From a virus, in IMG/VR virus record IMGVR_UViG_3300030117_005808, positions 1-64,000 of that record: a stretch of DNA of 64,000 nt. One strand, given 5' to 3'. The notes beneath the pieces are model-generated. The model was not told where the DNA came from, ran no database searches, and was given only the letters and a program-made list of their open reading frames with translations. Shown piece after piece: positions 9,989 to 19,861 of this stretch. The number at the start of each line of letters is the position of its first letter. Positions within the stretch are counted from its first letter, which is position 1. The position numbers and the translations under genes were made by a program.

Positions 9989-10722
9989 TAAATATAGAGA
10001 TAGGAGAAAACTTAAAAAACCTAACAGAAAATAAGCGCGTTGCATTAGTTGGCCCTGCTCCTTATCTTATAGACTCAAATGTAGGTGAGCAACTAGATCA
10101 ATATGACTTGATTTGTAGAGTTAATGATTTGATTCCTCCAGAACATCTTAGAAAAGACTATGGTTCACGAACAGATATCATGTTTCACAACTTGGGAACT
10201 CCGTGGATCGCCGGCTTAGAAAGAAAGACTGTTCAGCACCCAGAGCATTTTAAAAATCTTAAAATGGTTGTGTGTCCCGTAATAAAATCTGATCACTCTG
10301 AACTAAGTTATTTAAACTGGCAAGACCACTATGTCAGTAATGTAGTTAACAATTTTGATAAAATAAATAAGCATGACATACCGTTTAATTGGATCGGGGT
10401 CAAAGAATATAAGAAAGTATACAATGATGTCGGAGTTGAATTTAACTCGGGCCTCGGCGCCATGATAATGCTTTGCAACTGCCCGGTTAAGGAACTTCTA
10501 ATAACAGGTTTTACATTTTATTTGGGTGGTTCAACACACGATGAATTATATTATGATGGACACTGGGATAAACAAAACTTGGCTAAAACAACGGTTGGAT
10601 TATCTGGAGGCCACGGCTATAATGCCAACATGGCACAGATTGGATATTTTCGAAATATGGTGTCCGAACCACCAAAAGTGGTTCTTATAGATTCTTATAT
10701 GAAACAACTTTTTAAATTATAG
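9985..10722 (+). CDS. GT29-like (sialyltransferase-like) nonulosonate transferase
   Basis: VALVGPAPYL...GEQLDQYDLICRVN resembles sialylmotif L; NSGLGAMIMLC...ELLITGFTFY resembles sialylmotif S; adjacent to cytidylyltransferase and NeuB. Confidence 0.72.
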   Translation: MINIEIGENLKNLTENKRVALVGPAPYLIDSNVGEQLDQYDLICRVNDLIPPEHLRKDYGSRTDIMFHNLGTPWIAGLERKTVQHPEHFKNLKMVVCPVIKSDHSELSYLNWQDHYVSNVVNNFDKINKHDIPFNWIGVKEYKKVYNDVGVEFNSGLGAMIMLCNCPVKELLITGFTFYLGGSTHDELYYDGHWDKQNLAKTTVGLSGGHGYNANMAQIGYFRNMVSEPPKVVLIDSYMKQLFKL

Positions 10723-10729
10723 TTTTTTC

Positions 10730-10758
10730 TTGCCTTTTTAAAAATAGTGTGTTATAAT
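10730..10758 (+). promoter_or_regulatory. Sigma70 promoter with extended -10
   Basis: TTGCCT (10730-10735), 17 bp, TGn-TATAAT (10753-10758), in the only sizeable intergenic gap of the island. Confidence 0.8.
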
Positions 10759-10781
10759 AATAACAAAGATTAGGATGTTCT

Positions 10782-11525
10782 GTGAAGGCAATATTTATCT
10801 CTGTTAGGCTAGGCTCAACTAGACTTCCTAAGAAAGCAATCTTAGATCTGTGTGGTGAACCATCCATACAGTATTTGATTAAAAACTTGAAATCTTCAAG
10901 GCATGCCGACAAGATAATTTTATGCACAACATTAAAATCTGAAGATGATGTTTTATGTGAACTAGCCGAAAAGAATGGAATCGAATTCTTTAGAGGATCT
11001 ACGGATGATAAGCTGTCAAGATGGCTTGGCGCATGTAAGAAAAATAACATTGAATTTTTTGTTAATGTTGACGGGGACGACCTATTTTTTGATACACCTC
11101 TAGCAGATTTATGTTTAGGCCAGAGCACAGGCATTGATTTTGTTGATGGTAGAGGCTTATATAACGATGTGTATGGTATTCGTACAACTGCCCTTGAGCT
11201 AGTGTGTAAACTAAAGAGTGCCAGCGACACAGAGTTTATCAGGCCTCATTTTATTGATCCCGTGAAAAAATTCAATATCAACAAGGTGCAGAATGTTCCT
11301 AACAAATATAAGAAAAGAAACATCAGAATGACATTAGACTACGTTGAAGATCACAAATTTTTTGAAACAGTGTTAAAACATTTTAAACAATTAAACGTAG
11401 CACCCACTTTCGACAAAATCTTGCAGTTCTTACAAAATAACCCAGAAGTGGTTAAAATAAACTGGTTTCGCGAAGAAGAGTGGAAAAACAATCAAAATAA
11501 AATGATAAATCGAGTGGTTTTATGA
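10782..11525 (+). CDS. Cytidylyltransferase (SpsF/KdsB/NeuA family; CMP-ulosonate synthetase-like)
   Basis: VRLGSTRLPKK, FRGS, NVDGDD, RMTLDYVED; GTG start with AGGA RBS. Confidence 0.85.
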   Translation: MKAIFISVRLGSTRLPKKAILDLCGEPSIQYLIKNLKSSRHADKIILCTTLKSEDDVLCELAEKNGIEFFRGSTDDKLSRWLGACKKNNIEFFVNVDGDDLFFDTPLADLCLGQSTGIDFVDGRGLYNDVYGIRTTALELVCKLKSASDTEFIRPHFIDPVKKFNINKVQNVPNKYKKRNIRMTLDYVEDHKFFETVLKHFKQLNVAPTFDKILQFLQNNPEVVKINWFREEEWKNNQNKMINRVVL

Positions 11526-12739
11526 GTAATCCCGGTAAATACCTTAACAACGAAATTAAATATCTAAAAAAAGTATTAGACTCGGAGTGTTGGTCGTCTA
11601 CAGCAGGGTCATGGTGTCAGGCTTTAGAGGAAAAGTTCGCAGAGAAATTTGAGTGTAATTACGCAGTTGCTATGAACTCTGGCACGTCAACTTTGCACGC
11701 CGCGCTAGAAGCTGTGGGCGTCGGGGCTGGTGATGAAGTTATATCACCTGCTTTAACTGTCATTATGGATACGACGGCCACTCTCCATGCAAACGCCATA
11801 CCAGTGTATGCGGACATCGACCCACACACGTTTAATATTGATCCGGATGATATTGAAAGAAAAATAACTGATAAAACAAAAGCAATTATTGCTGTATCTT
11901 TGTATGGCTTGCCATGCGATATGGATAGAATTATGAACATTGCAAACAAGCATGGCATAGCTGTCATTGAAGATAACGCACAGTGTTTCTTATCAACTTA
12001 CAAGGGCAAGCTTGCTGGCACCATGGGCCATGTTTCAAGCTGGAGTTTTGAAAATTCAAAACACATGAGTTGTGGCGAGGGCGGAATCATCACTACCAAT
12101 GATGAAAGATACGCCCAACTGGCTAGGAAAGTAGCAGGGCATGGATATAAAAATTTAGGAGCCAGTTATGGACAGATAAAGTTAAATCAAAGTGTGTATC
12201 AGAATCCAAATTATAAAAGACATGATTCTGTTGGATGGAATTATCGTATGCCCGAGTTTAATGCAGCTATCGCCCTAGCACAACTAGAGGAGCTTGATCA
12301 AAAAGTCGATTTACGAGTCCAAGCAGCATCAGAATTCCTAGACGTTGTATCAGGGTGCGATTACATTACACCACAACAAGTACCAAATGGATATGTGCAT
12401 TCATATTTTACACTTGGTTTACTTTATGAAGGTGCAGAGAAAATAGGAATATCTTGGGAAGATTTTAGAGAAAAGTATATTAGTTTTGGTGGCGATGGTT
12501 TTTATGGTGCGTGGAGTGTACCCTACCTAGAACCAGTGATGACTAGCAGAGCTTATGTAAAGAGATACCCCGAGATATATGAAAAGACATTATATCCACA
12601 AGGTATTTGTCCGGTTGCTGAAGCTATACAGCCAAAGTTGATGCAGTTTAAAACAAATTATAGAGACATTAAGTTGGCTCAACAAAAGGCTGATGCCTTG
12701 AGAAAAACAATAGAATTTTATGGAGAAAAAAATGAGTAG
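11522..12739 (+). CDS. DegT/DnrJ/EryC1/StrS PLP-dependent sugar aminotransferase
   Basis: NSGTSTLH, IEDNAQ, SFENSKHMSCGEGG (PLP Lys), GWNYRM. Confidence 0.93.
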   Translation: MSNPGKYLNNEIKYLKKVLDSECWSSTAGSWCQALEEKFAEKFECNYAVAMNSGTSTLHAALEAVGVGAGDEVISPALTVIMDTTATLHANAIPVYADIDPHTFNIDPDDIERKITDKTKAIIAVSLYGLPCDMDRIMNIANKHGIAVIEDNAQCFLSTYKGKLAGTMGHVSSWSFENSKHMSCGEGGIITTNDERYAQLARKVAGHGYKNLGASYGQIKLNQSVYQNPNYKRHDSVGWNYRMPEFNAAIALAQLEELDQKVDLRVQAASEFLDVVSGCDYITPQQVPNGYVHSYFTLGLLYEGAEKIGISWEDFREKYISFGGDGFYGAWSVPYLEPVMTSRAYVKRYPEIYEKTLYPQGICPVAEAIQPKLMQFKTNYRDIKLAQQKADALRKTIEFYGEKNE

Positions 12740-13565
12740 TATTTATATTATTGCAGAGATTGGAATTAATCACAATGGTGATCTAGGTTTAGCGAAGAAA
12801 CTGATTGAACAATCCAAGCACTCTGGTGCTGATGCTGTTAAGTTTCAAAAGAGGACCATTGATTTGGTATACACTCCCGAAGAGTTAGATAAGTACAGAG
12901 AGTCGCCGTGGGGTACTACTAACAGGCAGCAGAAAGAGGGACTAGAGTTCTCGATGGAACAGTACAAAGCGTTGGAAAAATACACTAAAGACCTTGGTAT
13001 GGATTTTATCGTTTCATGCTGGGATACAAATAGTGTAGACGTTGTGGAGCAGCACTTGGATATTAAGTATCACAAGGTCGCCTCTGCCTTGGCAACGGAC
13101 AAGGCATTTTTAAAAAAGCTAAATGACACAGGTCGTCCAGTTATCTTGTCAACAGGTATGTGTACCACAGAAGAAATTAATGCTGCTATCCAAACACTTA
13201 ATAACGTTGAGATTGTGTTAGCTTGCACAAGCACATACCCTACCAAACCAGAAGAGGTTAACTTGAGGCATATAGATACCTTGAGAAAAGAGTATCCAGA
13301 TCTAAAGATCGGTTTCTCTAATCATTATAATGGTCTGGATGCATGTGTTGGCTCTGTAGCTGTTGGGGCAGAGTGCGTAGAGTTTCATATTACTAACGAT
13401 AGAGCTTCTTACGGTTCCGATCAGGCGGCGTCAATTGAAGATTCCCACTCTTTGATTCAGGCTATTAGAAATATGGAGTTAATGCTCGGAGACGGACAGA
13501 AAATGGTTTATGATTCTGAAGTCCCAATTATTAATAAGCTACGGAAAGTGAATGATATCGTCTAA
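12732..13565 (+). CDS. neuB: NeuB-family nonulosonic acid synthase, lacking the C-terminal SAF domain
   Basis: IIAEIGINHNGD, AVKFQKR, KVAS, ILSTGM, CTSTYP, GFSNH, EFHIT, GSDQAAS; ends shortly after the TIM barrel. Confidence 0.92.
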   Translation: MSSIYIIAEIGINHNGDLGLAKKLIEQSKHSGADAVKFQKRTIDLVYTPEELDKYRESPWGTTNRQQKEGLEFSMEQYKALEKYTKDLGMDFIVSCWDTNSVDVVEQHLDIKYHKVASALATDKAFLKKLNDTGRPVILSTGMCTTEEINAAIQTLNNVEIVLACTSTYPTKPEEVNLRHIDTLRKEYPDLKIGFSNHYNGLDACVGSVAVGAECVEFHITNDRASYGSDQAASIEDSHSLIQAIRNMELMLGDGQKMVYDSEVPIINKLRKVNDIV

Positions 13566-14262
13566 TAAGAGGGTGCTTGTTACTGGTGCTTCACGCGGCC
13601 TCGGAGCAAGCATAGCCAAAGAATATGCTAGGATAGGCTATGACGTTATCCTAGTGGGTCGCTCCGAGGAAGACTTAAATAAACTCAAAGAGCAACTTCG
13701 TGGATACGAGGTTGATGTTCAAATAAAAGTTTGTGATCTTTTAAACTCGGCAGAAATCCTGTTAATGACCGACTCACTTAGTGACACTAACGTTGATATT
13801 CTCGTCAACTGCGCCGGAGTCTTTCCAGTTAAAAAACTAACTGATATGTCTATGGAGGAATACGACAGATGCATGAATATAAACGTAAGAGCACCTTTTT
13901 TGCTGACAAGAGAGCTATCAAAGAATATGGTAAAAAATAAATGGGGTCAAATCATTAATGTGGCATCCTCGTCAGCTTATGGGGGTTCACCTTTAACTTC
14001 CGTCTATTGTGCCTCCAAACATGCTTTACTTGGCCTTTCTAGGTCTTTATATAAAGAGCTTAAAGCTGATAACATAAGAGTCATGTGTGTCTCACCCGGC
14101 TCAATAAAGACAAATATGGGCAAAAAAGTAGAGGCCCTTGGCCAATTGTATGATACGTTCATGGAACCTGATGAGGTAGCTCAATATATTGTGTTTAACT
14201 CTTCATGGGACGGCGCCATGGTGAACGAGGAGCTAAGATTAAACAGGATCGTAGTTCAATGA
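13552..14262 (+). CDS. Short-chain dehydrogenase/reductase
   Basis: TGASRGLG, NCAG, YCASK. Confidence 0.92.
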   Translation: MISSNKRVLVTGASRGLGASIAKEYARIGYDVILVGRSEEDLNKLKEQLRGYEVDVQIKVCDLLNSAEILLMTDSLSDTNVDILVNCAGVFPVKKLTDMSMEEYDRCMNINVRAPFLLTRELSKNMVKNKWGQIINVASSSAYGGSPLTSVYCASKHALLGLSRSLYKELKADNIRVMCVSPGSIKTNMGKKVEALGQLYDTFMEPDEVAQYIVFNSSWDGAMVNEELRLNRIVVQ

Positions 14263-15038
14263 TGTTAGGGTTGATGCAAGGAAGGCTTTTGCCCCCTGTG
14301 GACGGCCATATTCAAGAGTTCCCAAATCAGTGGCAAGATGAATTTGATATATTAAGCGAGTGTGGATTGTGTTGTGTTGAGTGGCTAATAACAACAAATA
14401 GCTTAACTTTCAATCCGGCCGTCAAATCACCAAGTATGCTTGCTGGCCTACCCATATCCTCAGTGTGCGTGGACACTTTAGTTGACGAAAGAATCAATGA
14501 TCCAAAATATTTGTACTCAAACCTTGTTTCCTTATGTTCTTTAATTACAAGACATCATTTTACAAAAGTTATTACGATTCCGCTGCTAGAAGATAGCAGC
14601 ATGCAAGACCAAACTAAAAGAATGGCGTTTATAAAAAACATTGCCGACATTGCAGATATGTTTCCAAATATCAATTTTTCATTTGAAGCCGAGCTAGGTA
14701 TTAAAGAACTGGAAGAGATCGTATCTTTACGAGATAACTTTTTAGTAACATATGATACAGGAAACATTACGTCGTTTGGTCTAGACCATGCGGAATACAT
14801 AAGAGCATTTTCAAATAAAATAAACAATGTGCATTTAAAAGACAGAACTTTTGGTGCAAAAACAGTCGAACCGGGCCATGGAGATACAGATTTTAAGAAG
14901 ATTTTTGACACTTTAAAAGATATAAATTATAGTGGACCTTTTATTTTACAGACCGCTAGGTCAGCTTCAGGCAAAGAAAAAGAGACTATTTTAAGACATA
15001 TACAGTATTTTGGGGGCCTATATGAAGGGGATATTTGA
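14259..15038 (+). CDS. Sugar-phosphate isomerase/epimerase (xylose isomerase-like TIM barrel)
   Basis: GLMQGRL, FEAE, YDTGN, VHLKD, PGHGD metal-binding pattern. Confidence 0.82.
   Translation: MMLGLMQGRLLPPVDGHIQEFPNQWQDEFDILSECGLCCVEWLITTNSLTFNPAVKSPSMLAGLPISSVCVDTLVDERINDPKYLYSNLVSLCSLITRHHFTKVITIPLLEDSSMQDQTKRMAFIKNIADIADMFPNINFSFEAELGIKELEEIVSLRDNFLVTYDTGNITSFGLDHAEYIRAFSNKINNVHLKDRTFGAKTVEPGHGDTDFKKIFDTLKDINYSGPFILQTARSASGKEKETILRHIQYFGGLYEGDI
14905..14933 (+). promoter_or_regulatory. Intragenic sigma70 promoter
   Basis: TTGACA (14905-14910), 17 bp, TATAGT (14928-14933); ~90 nt before next gene. Confidence 0.6.
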
Positions 15039-15753
15039 TCTTACAGGCAAGACCGCTGTAATCACTGGCGGCGCCGGTCTGTTAGGCCGTAAACACGCCG
15101 AGGCTATCAAGTCTGCGGGCGGCTCTGTTGTATTAACAGACATCGTAGACGATCCTGATTGCGTATATATGGATGTTACAGACAAAGCCAGCATAGAAAA
15201 GGTAGCTAGCAGCATCGAGCGCGTGGACATTTTAATAAACAACGCAGCTTTGAATCCCAAAATGGTGGAAAAAGGAGATAATAATTTTGAAACTTTTTCT
15301 CTTGAGAGATGGAACCAAGGGATCAACGTAAACCTAACAGGCGCATTTTTATGCAGCCAAGTATTCATCAACAAGATGGTTCAGCAAGGATCTACAGGAG
15401 TGGTTATTAACGTTGCATCGGACCTTGGAGTCATAGCCCCAGATCAAAGAATCTACGACGGAGATGTTAAGCCAGTGGATTATAGTGTGACAAAACATGG
15501 TATTATAGGTTTAACAAAATATTTGTCAACATATTATGCTGACAAAGGAATAAGAGTTAATAGTCTAAGTCCAGCCGGCGTTTATACCAATCAGGATCCT
15601 GAGTTTGTAAAAAGACTATCTAATCTCATTCCAATGGGCAGGATGGCTAATATTCGTGATTATATGGGGGCCATAATATTTTTGTGCTCCAACGCTAGCT
15701 CCTATATGACTGGAACAAATTTGATTATCGATGGAGGTAGAACAACATGGTAG
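15022..15753 (+). CDS. SDR oxidoreductase, PtmA (flagellin modification)-like
   Basis: TGGAGLLG, NNAA, YSVTKHGIIGLTKY, RVNSLSPAG, IPMGRMA. Confidence 0.85.
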   Translation: MKGIFDLTGKTAVITGGAGLLGRKHAEAIKSAGGSVVLTDIVDDPDCVYMDVTDKASIEKVASSIERVDILINNAALNPKMVEKGDNNFETFSLERWNQGINVNLTGAFLCSQVFINKMVQQGSTGVVINVASDLGVIAPDQRIYDGDVKPVDYSVTKHGIIGLTKYLSTYYADKGIRVNSLSPAGVYTNQDPEFVKRLSNLIPMGRMANIRDYMGAIIFLCSNASSYMTGTNLIIDGGRTTW

Positions 15754-16409
15754 ATAGAACACTATTAGAAAATATGGACTTGCCAGATTTGTCAGACGCG
15801 ATTGATGTGTACACAAGACACGCTAGATTTTGCCAGCCAACTCCTGAAAATAGTCATTTGTCTTTGTTATATAAGATCAGAGAACTGCACGATAAGGAGT
15901 GCAACTACCTTGAAATAGGTACTTTGTTCGGATTTAGCATGGTAAATGCCAGTCGAAGCTCTACTAAGGGTAAGTTTGTAGGCATTGATCTTTTTGAAAC
16001 CACAGGTAAAATATATGTTAACGACTACACACCTGACATAAGAGACAGAAACCTATCTATTGGCAAAACAACAAGATTAGTTGAAACTTGTAATATTCAC
16101 AATCATGATATTGAGTTGATTCTTGGTAACTCTACTTTAGACACTACATACGATAGAGCAGTTAATATTTGTTCAAACTATCATTTAATGTTTATAGATG
16201 GTGACCACTCCTATGAGGGAACCCTAAGAGATTTTCTTAAATACACACCTCTTCTAGAGTCAGGTGGGTATCTTTTACTTGACGATCAGGATTATCCTGA
16301 TATTGAAGCTGTTATTAAAACTATAAGAACAGACTTCAAAGACGAGTATGAGTGGGTTCCATGGCCAGAATATGCGCCAAAATTTAATGGCTTTTTTATA
16401 AAAAAATGA
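15747..16409 (+). CDS. Class I SAM-dependent methyltransferase (Methyltransf_24-like)
   Basis: LEIGTLFGFS, FIDGDHSYEG, GGYLLLDD. Confidence 0.85.
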   Translation: MVDRTLLENMDLPDLSDAIDVYTRHARFCQPTPENSHLSLLYKIRELHDKECNYLEIGTLFGFSMVNASRSSTKGKFVGIDLFETTGKIYVNDYTPDIRDRNLSIGKTTRLVETCNIHNHDIELILGNSTLDTTYDRAVNICSNYHLMFIDGDHSYEGTLRDFLKYTPLLESGGYLLLDDQDYPDIEAVIKTIRTDFKDEYEWVPWPEYAPKFNGFFIKK

Positions 16410-17347
16410 GTTCCAAAGTAGTTTTTACAGGTCTGTATAGGCACAATCATGGCATCACCAATTTATCGCTAGCAGATAGGATAAATCTAATCAGAGACAA
16501 TGGTATTGATGAGATTTATTGGTATGTATGGGAAGGCTATGTAGACCCAGAGGTGGCTAACCAAGATATAAACATCGTCGAGATCCCAGAGCCATTCCCA
16601 CACACTAGAGGGGTTATGGGTCGCCAAAGGCAAATATTTAACTTTAAAAAGTGCTTGTCTGATTTTAAAGACGATGATATAATCTTAAAGCTAAGGTGGG
16701 ACCTAGATTTTAATAAGAAGCTAATACAAAATATTAAAGATCCTAGTTTTTTTGACAAGGTAGAAAACGGGGTATTAGGCAATAAAATATGGACAGGATT
16801 TTATAGTATTAGGGAATTATTCAGCCCAGCAGATTTGACATTTGCAGGATTTAAGAGAGATTTGGATAAGGCAATAAATTTTGATTACAAGATAGATGGA
16901 GAGCCAGCTAACAATTATATAAGTCACGATGGAATGATGCTTATGCCTTTCTTGTTATCTCAAAACAAAGAAGTGTGCAGTTTAATCAAGGCAGAAAAGC
17001 CAGATCCAGATGGATTGTCTTATGAAAGACACTTTGAGAATATTGATCAATATTGTGATGCTTGGGCTTACTCATATTTTCTTTTTTATAAATACTTCAA
17101 AACTGGCCCTATTGGGACTTGCTTTTTTAAGAGAGGCGACCTCGCTCGCTGGCCGCACTCTATAGTTGATTACAATAGGTTTTTGCACAACTACGACACC
17201 ATGGTAGGAAGAGCACCAAAATTAGGAATGTACTCTAGGTATAGGGTTTATGATGATTATTTTGTGTCTAGCTTGGTTAAAGGTAATTACAATGATCCGT
17301 TCGCAAATAAGATCTCAAAGATAATAAATAAGAAATATTTAAAATGA
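16406..17347 (+). CDS. Hypothetical glycan-cluster protein (weakly WavE-like)
   Basis: RQIFN...ILKLRWDL resembles the KxRxD motif of WavE-like proteins; context. Confidence 0.4.
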   Translation: MSSKVVFTGLYRHNHGITNLSLADRINLIRDNGIDEIYWYVWEGYVDPEVANQDINIVEIPEPFPHTRGVMGRQRQIFNFKKCLSDFKDDDIILKLRWDLDFNKKLIQNIKDPSFFDKVENGVLGNKIWTGFYSIRELFSPADLTFAGFKRDLDKAINFDYKIDGEPANNYISHDGMMLMPFLLSQNKEVCSLIKAEKPDPDGLSYERHFENIDQYCDAWAYSYFLFYKYFKTGPIGTCFFKRGDLARWPHSIVDYNRFLHNYDTMVGRAPKLGMYSRYRVYDDYFVSSLVKGNYNDPFANKISKIINKKYLK

Positions 17348-18504
17348 AGAATCTTTTGGTTACAATGTCTGGTGGTACCACATCAGTGATAAACGCAACT
17401 CTAGCTGGTATTATCCATCAAGCCCAGAAATCTAAAGACATAGATAAGGTGTACGCTGGGTTTCCGGGTATTCTTGGATTTATGGAGGATAACTTACTTG
17501 ACTTAACGAATACAACCCCAGACGAGTTGGAGATAATAAAACTAAGCCCCGGATCTGCATCCATCGGGACTACTAGAACAAAAATTTTCAATGCGAAAGA
17601 TGCTGACGAACTCAGGCGCTGTTTTAAAAAGCATAATATAGAATATTTTGTAAACATTGGCGGTAATGGGACAATCAAGCAGACCAAAGCAATAGCCTCT
17701 TTTATTTCTGATGTGAAAATGGCTGCTGTTCCAAAAACTGTTGATAATGATTTGGGTGACGCTGAATTTGAGGATTTATGGTTTACACCGGGATTTCCAA
17801 GCTGTGTTAACTTTTGGTATCACAAAATGCATATGCTTGACAATGAAAGTCGAGGGGCACACTCTCACGATAGAATTTTAGTAGCACAAACATTCGGCCG
17901 CGAAACGGGCTTTATTGTAGGCGCCATGAGGATGTTTGATCCAGACCGATCTCTTCCGATTGTACTGTTGATACCAGAAGATCAACAGCCTTTAGACAAA
18001 GTAATGTCCCATATAGATAATACTCTTAGTAAACACAATAGGGCCATAGTTGGCATATGCGAAGGCTACAATATTAAAAAATATAACTATGAGTATGATT
18101 TAACCGGACAAAGAATGTATGGTAGTAGTCATTCAACTGCTGCACAGGAGATGGTTAACGCATGCATCAAGAATAACATGCAAGCAAGAGGTTATAATCC
18201 CACTTTTGATCAAAGACAAAATTTTAACTATACTCTTGACAACGACGTACAAATAAGTTATGATATAGGTGAAGAGGTAATAAAAAACCTTATATCTGGG
18301 GAGAGTCATTTCTTTCAATCATTCTCCACGAATGGAACTCATATGATTCCTTTGGATGAAATTGGTAACTATTCTCGTGTTTTGAAAGAAGAGTGGATTA
18401 GGCGTGGCGAATTTGATGTGTCTGATAAATACATCGACTATTTATCTGAGTTTACACCAATATCTCCAAGAAGAAAACTTTTTTCGTCCGGACAAATTCT
18501 GTGA
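17344..18504 (+). CDS. PfkA-family sugar kinase (divergent 6-phosphofructokinase)
   Basis: SGGTTSVINA, GTTR, IGGNGT, PKTVDND, QTFGRETG (MGR changed to FGR), CEG. Confidence 0.85.
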   Translation: MKNLLVTMSGGTTSVINATLAGIIHQAQKSKDIDKVYAGFPGILGFMEDNLLDLTNTTPDELEIIKLSPGSASIGTTRTKIFNAKDADELRRCFKKHNIEYFVNIGGNGTIKQTKAIASFISDVKMAAVPKTVDNDLGDAEFEDLWFTPGFPSCVNFWYHKMHMLDNESRGAHSHDRILVAQTFGRETGFIVGAMRMFDPDRSLPIVLLIPEDQQPLDKVMSHIDNTLSKHNRAIVGICEGYNIKKYNYEYDLTGQRMYGSSHSTAAQEMVNACIKNNMQARGYNPTFDQRQNFNYTLDNDVQISYDIGEEVIKNLISGESHFFQSFSTNGTHMIPLDEIGNYSRVLKEEWIRRGEFDVSDKYIDYLSEFTPISPRRKLFSSGQIL

Positions 18505-19196
18505 ATACTAAAGAACTTAATGTTGTAGTGCTGGCATATACCCGTCCAGATACATTTGCAAGAGTTATAAAAGCATGTGAGAAGAACTTACACAGTGTGA
18601 AGGTCATGATGGATTTCCCAGAGAATGATCTTGTATCAAAGAAACAAGAAGAAATTGTGGATATCATAAACAATTTAAGTATCGATTGCACTCTGACTAG
18701 AAGAGCAGAAAATTATGGCCTTGTTCGCTCTGTACTCACGACGATTGAGGATGAGTTGCAATTGCACGACCACGTTGTGCTACTTGAAGATGATTGTATG
18801 CCAGATGAGAAGTTTTTTAGTTTTGTTAGCAACTCACTAAAACATTATAAAGATGACCCGAGTGTGTCTTCGATATGTGGTACCGTGAGCAAGTGTAGAT
18901 TTAATCCGTGGGGATGGGCCACATGGTCTCACAAATGGAAATACGAAACCCTCTCAAAAAAGCAAATACTAGATATTTTAGATTTAGATCCAAGTTTAAG
19001 AGATTTTCTAGAAAACAATAATGTGGAGCATTCGATATGGTCCCTAAATTGGCTGGCTAGTCAATATAAAAACGGCACCGTTGCTCACATGCCGCAGAAC
19101 ACTTTAGTACAAAACATAGGGGTAGATGAATCTGGTGTTCACTCCCCAAAAAAAGGCTATACAAGTTGGTTACTTTCCCAAATCAAGGAAAAATAG
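18501..19196 (+). CDS. GT-A glycosyltransferase (GT2-like)
   Basis: LAYTRP, VLLEDDC, WGWATW, VQNIG. Confidence 0.8.
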   Translation: MNTKELNVVVLAYTRPDTFARVIKACEKNLHSVKVMMDFPENDLVSKKQEEIVDIINNLSIDCTLTRRAENYGLVRSVLTTIEDELQLHDHVVLLEDDCMPDEKFFSFVSNSLKHYKDDPSVSSICGTVSKCRFNPWGWATWSHKWKYETLSKKQILDILDLDPSLRDFLENNNVEHSIWSLNWLASQYKNGTVAHMPQNTLVQNIGVDESGVHSPKKGYTSWLLSQIKEK

Positions 19197-19861
19197 AAAG
19201 ATTAGAGTTGCATGGACAAATGTGCATGTTAGATACTACCAATAAAGAAGTGGTGGTTGTACTATTATCTGGGTGTTTTACTCTAGGGGACAAAAAGTTT
19301 TCTAGAGTAAATGTTTTTAGTGATCCTGCAAATGGCTTTATAGCTTCAAATCAAGGTGTCTTAGAGATAAATGTTGAACAAATGGCTGAGATATGTATCA
19401 TAGAGAGTAAATCAAGTACACCAATACCGCTTCAAATAATAGAAAAGACTAAGGTAAGAACAGTTGGGAGCGATAATTTTATGAGAGATGTGTTCACGTT
19501 GGTTGATAATGATAATGGTTTACAAGGCTTGATTGTTGGAGAAACGTTTAAGAAACCCGGCAACTGGTCTAGTTGGCCTCCACATAAGCACGATACTTAC
19601 CAAGAGGATACAGAATCCGAACAACAAGAAGTTTATTTATATAAGTTTGAAAAATCAAACGGCTATGGCTTACAAATGATCTATGAGGGTGACATCTCCG
19701 ACGCTAATGTGGAGGTAGTAACAAATAATCAAGAAGTAAAAATACAGAGAGGTTACCACCCAGTGGTGGCCAGCCCTAGTTCAGGCATGTATTATTTATG
19801 GGCTTTATTTGGGAGTAACAAAATGTTCAAGACATCCGATGATCCGAGGTTTTCAAAATGA
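19166..19861 (+). CDS. iolB: IolB/KduI-family cupin isomerase (5-deoxyglucuronate isomerase-like); start uncertain
   Basis: LIVGET...GNWSSWPPHKHD...EVYLY...GYHPVVA...YYLW. Confidence 0.8.
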   Translation: MVTFPNQGKIERLELHGQMCMLDTTNKEVVVVLLSGCFTLGDKKFSRVNVFSDPANGFIASNQGVLEINVEQMAEICIIESKSSTPIPLQIIEKTKVRTVGSDNFMRDVFTLVDNDNGLQGLIVGETFKKPGNWSSWPPHKHDTYQEDTESEQQEVYLYKFEKSNGYGLQMIYEGDISDANVEVVTNNQEVKIQRGYHPVVASPSSGMYYLWALFGSNKMFKTSDDPRFSK

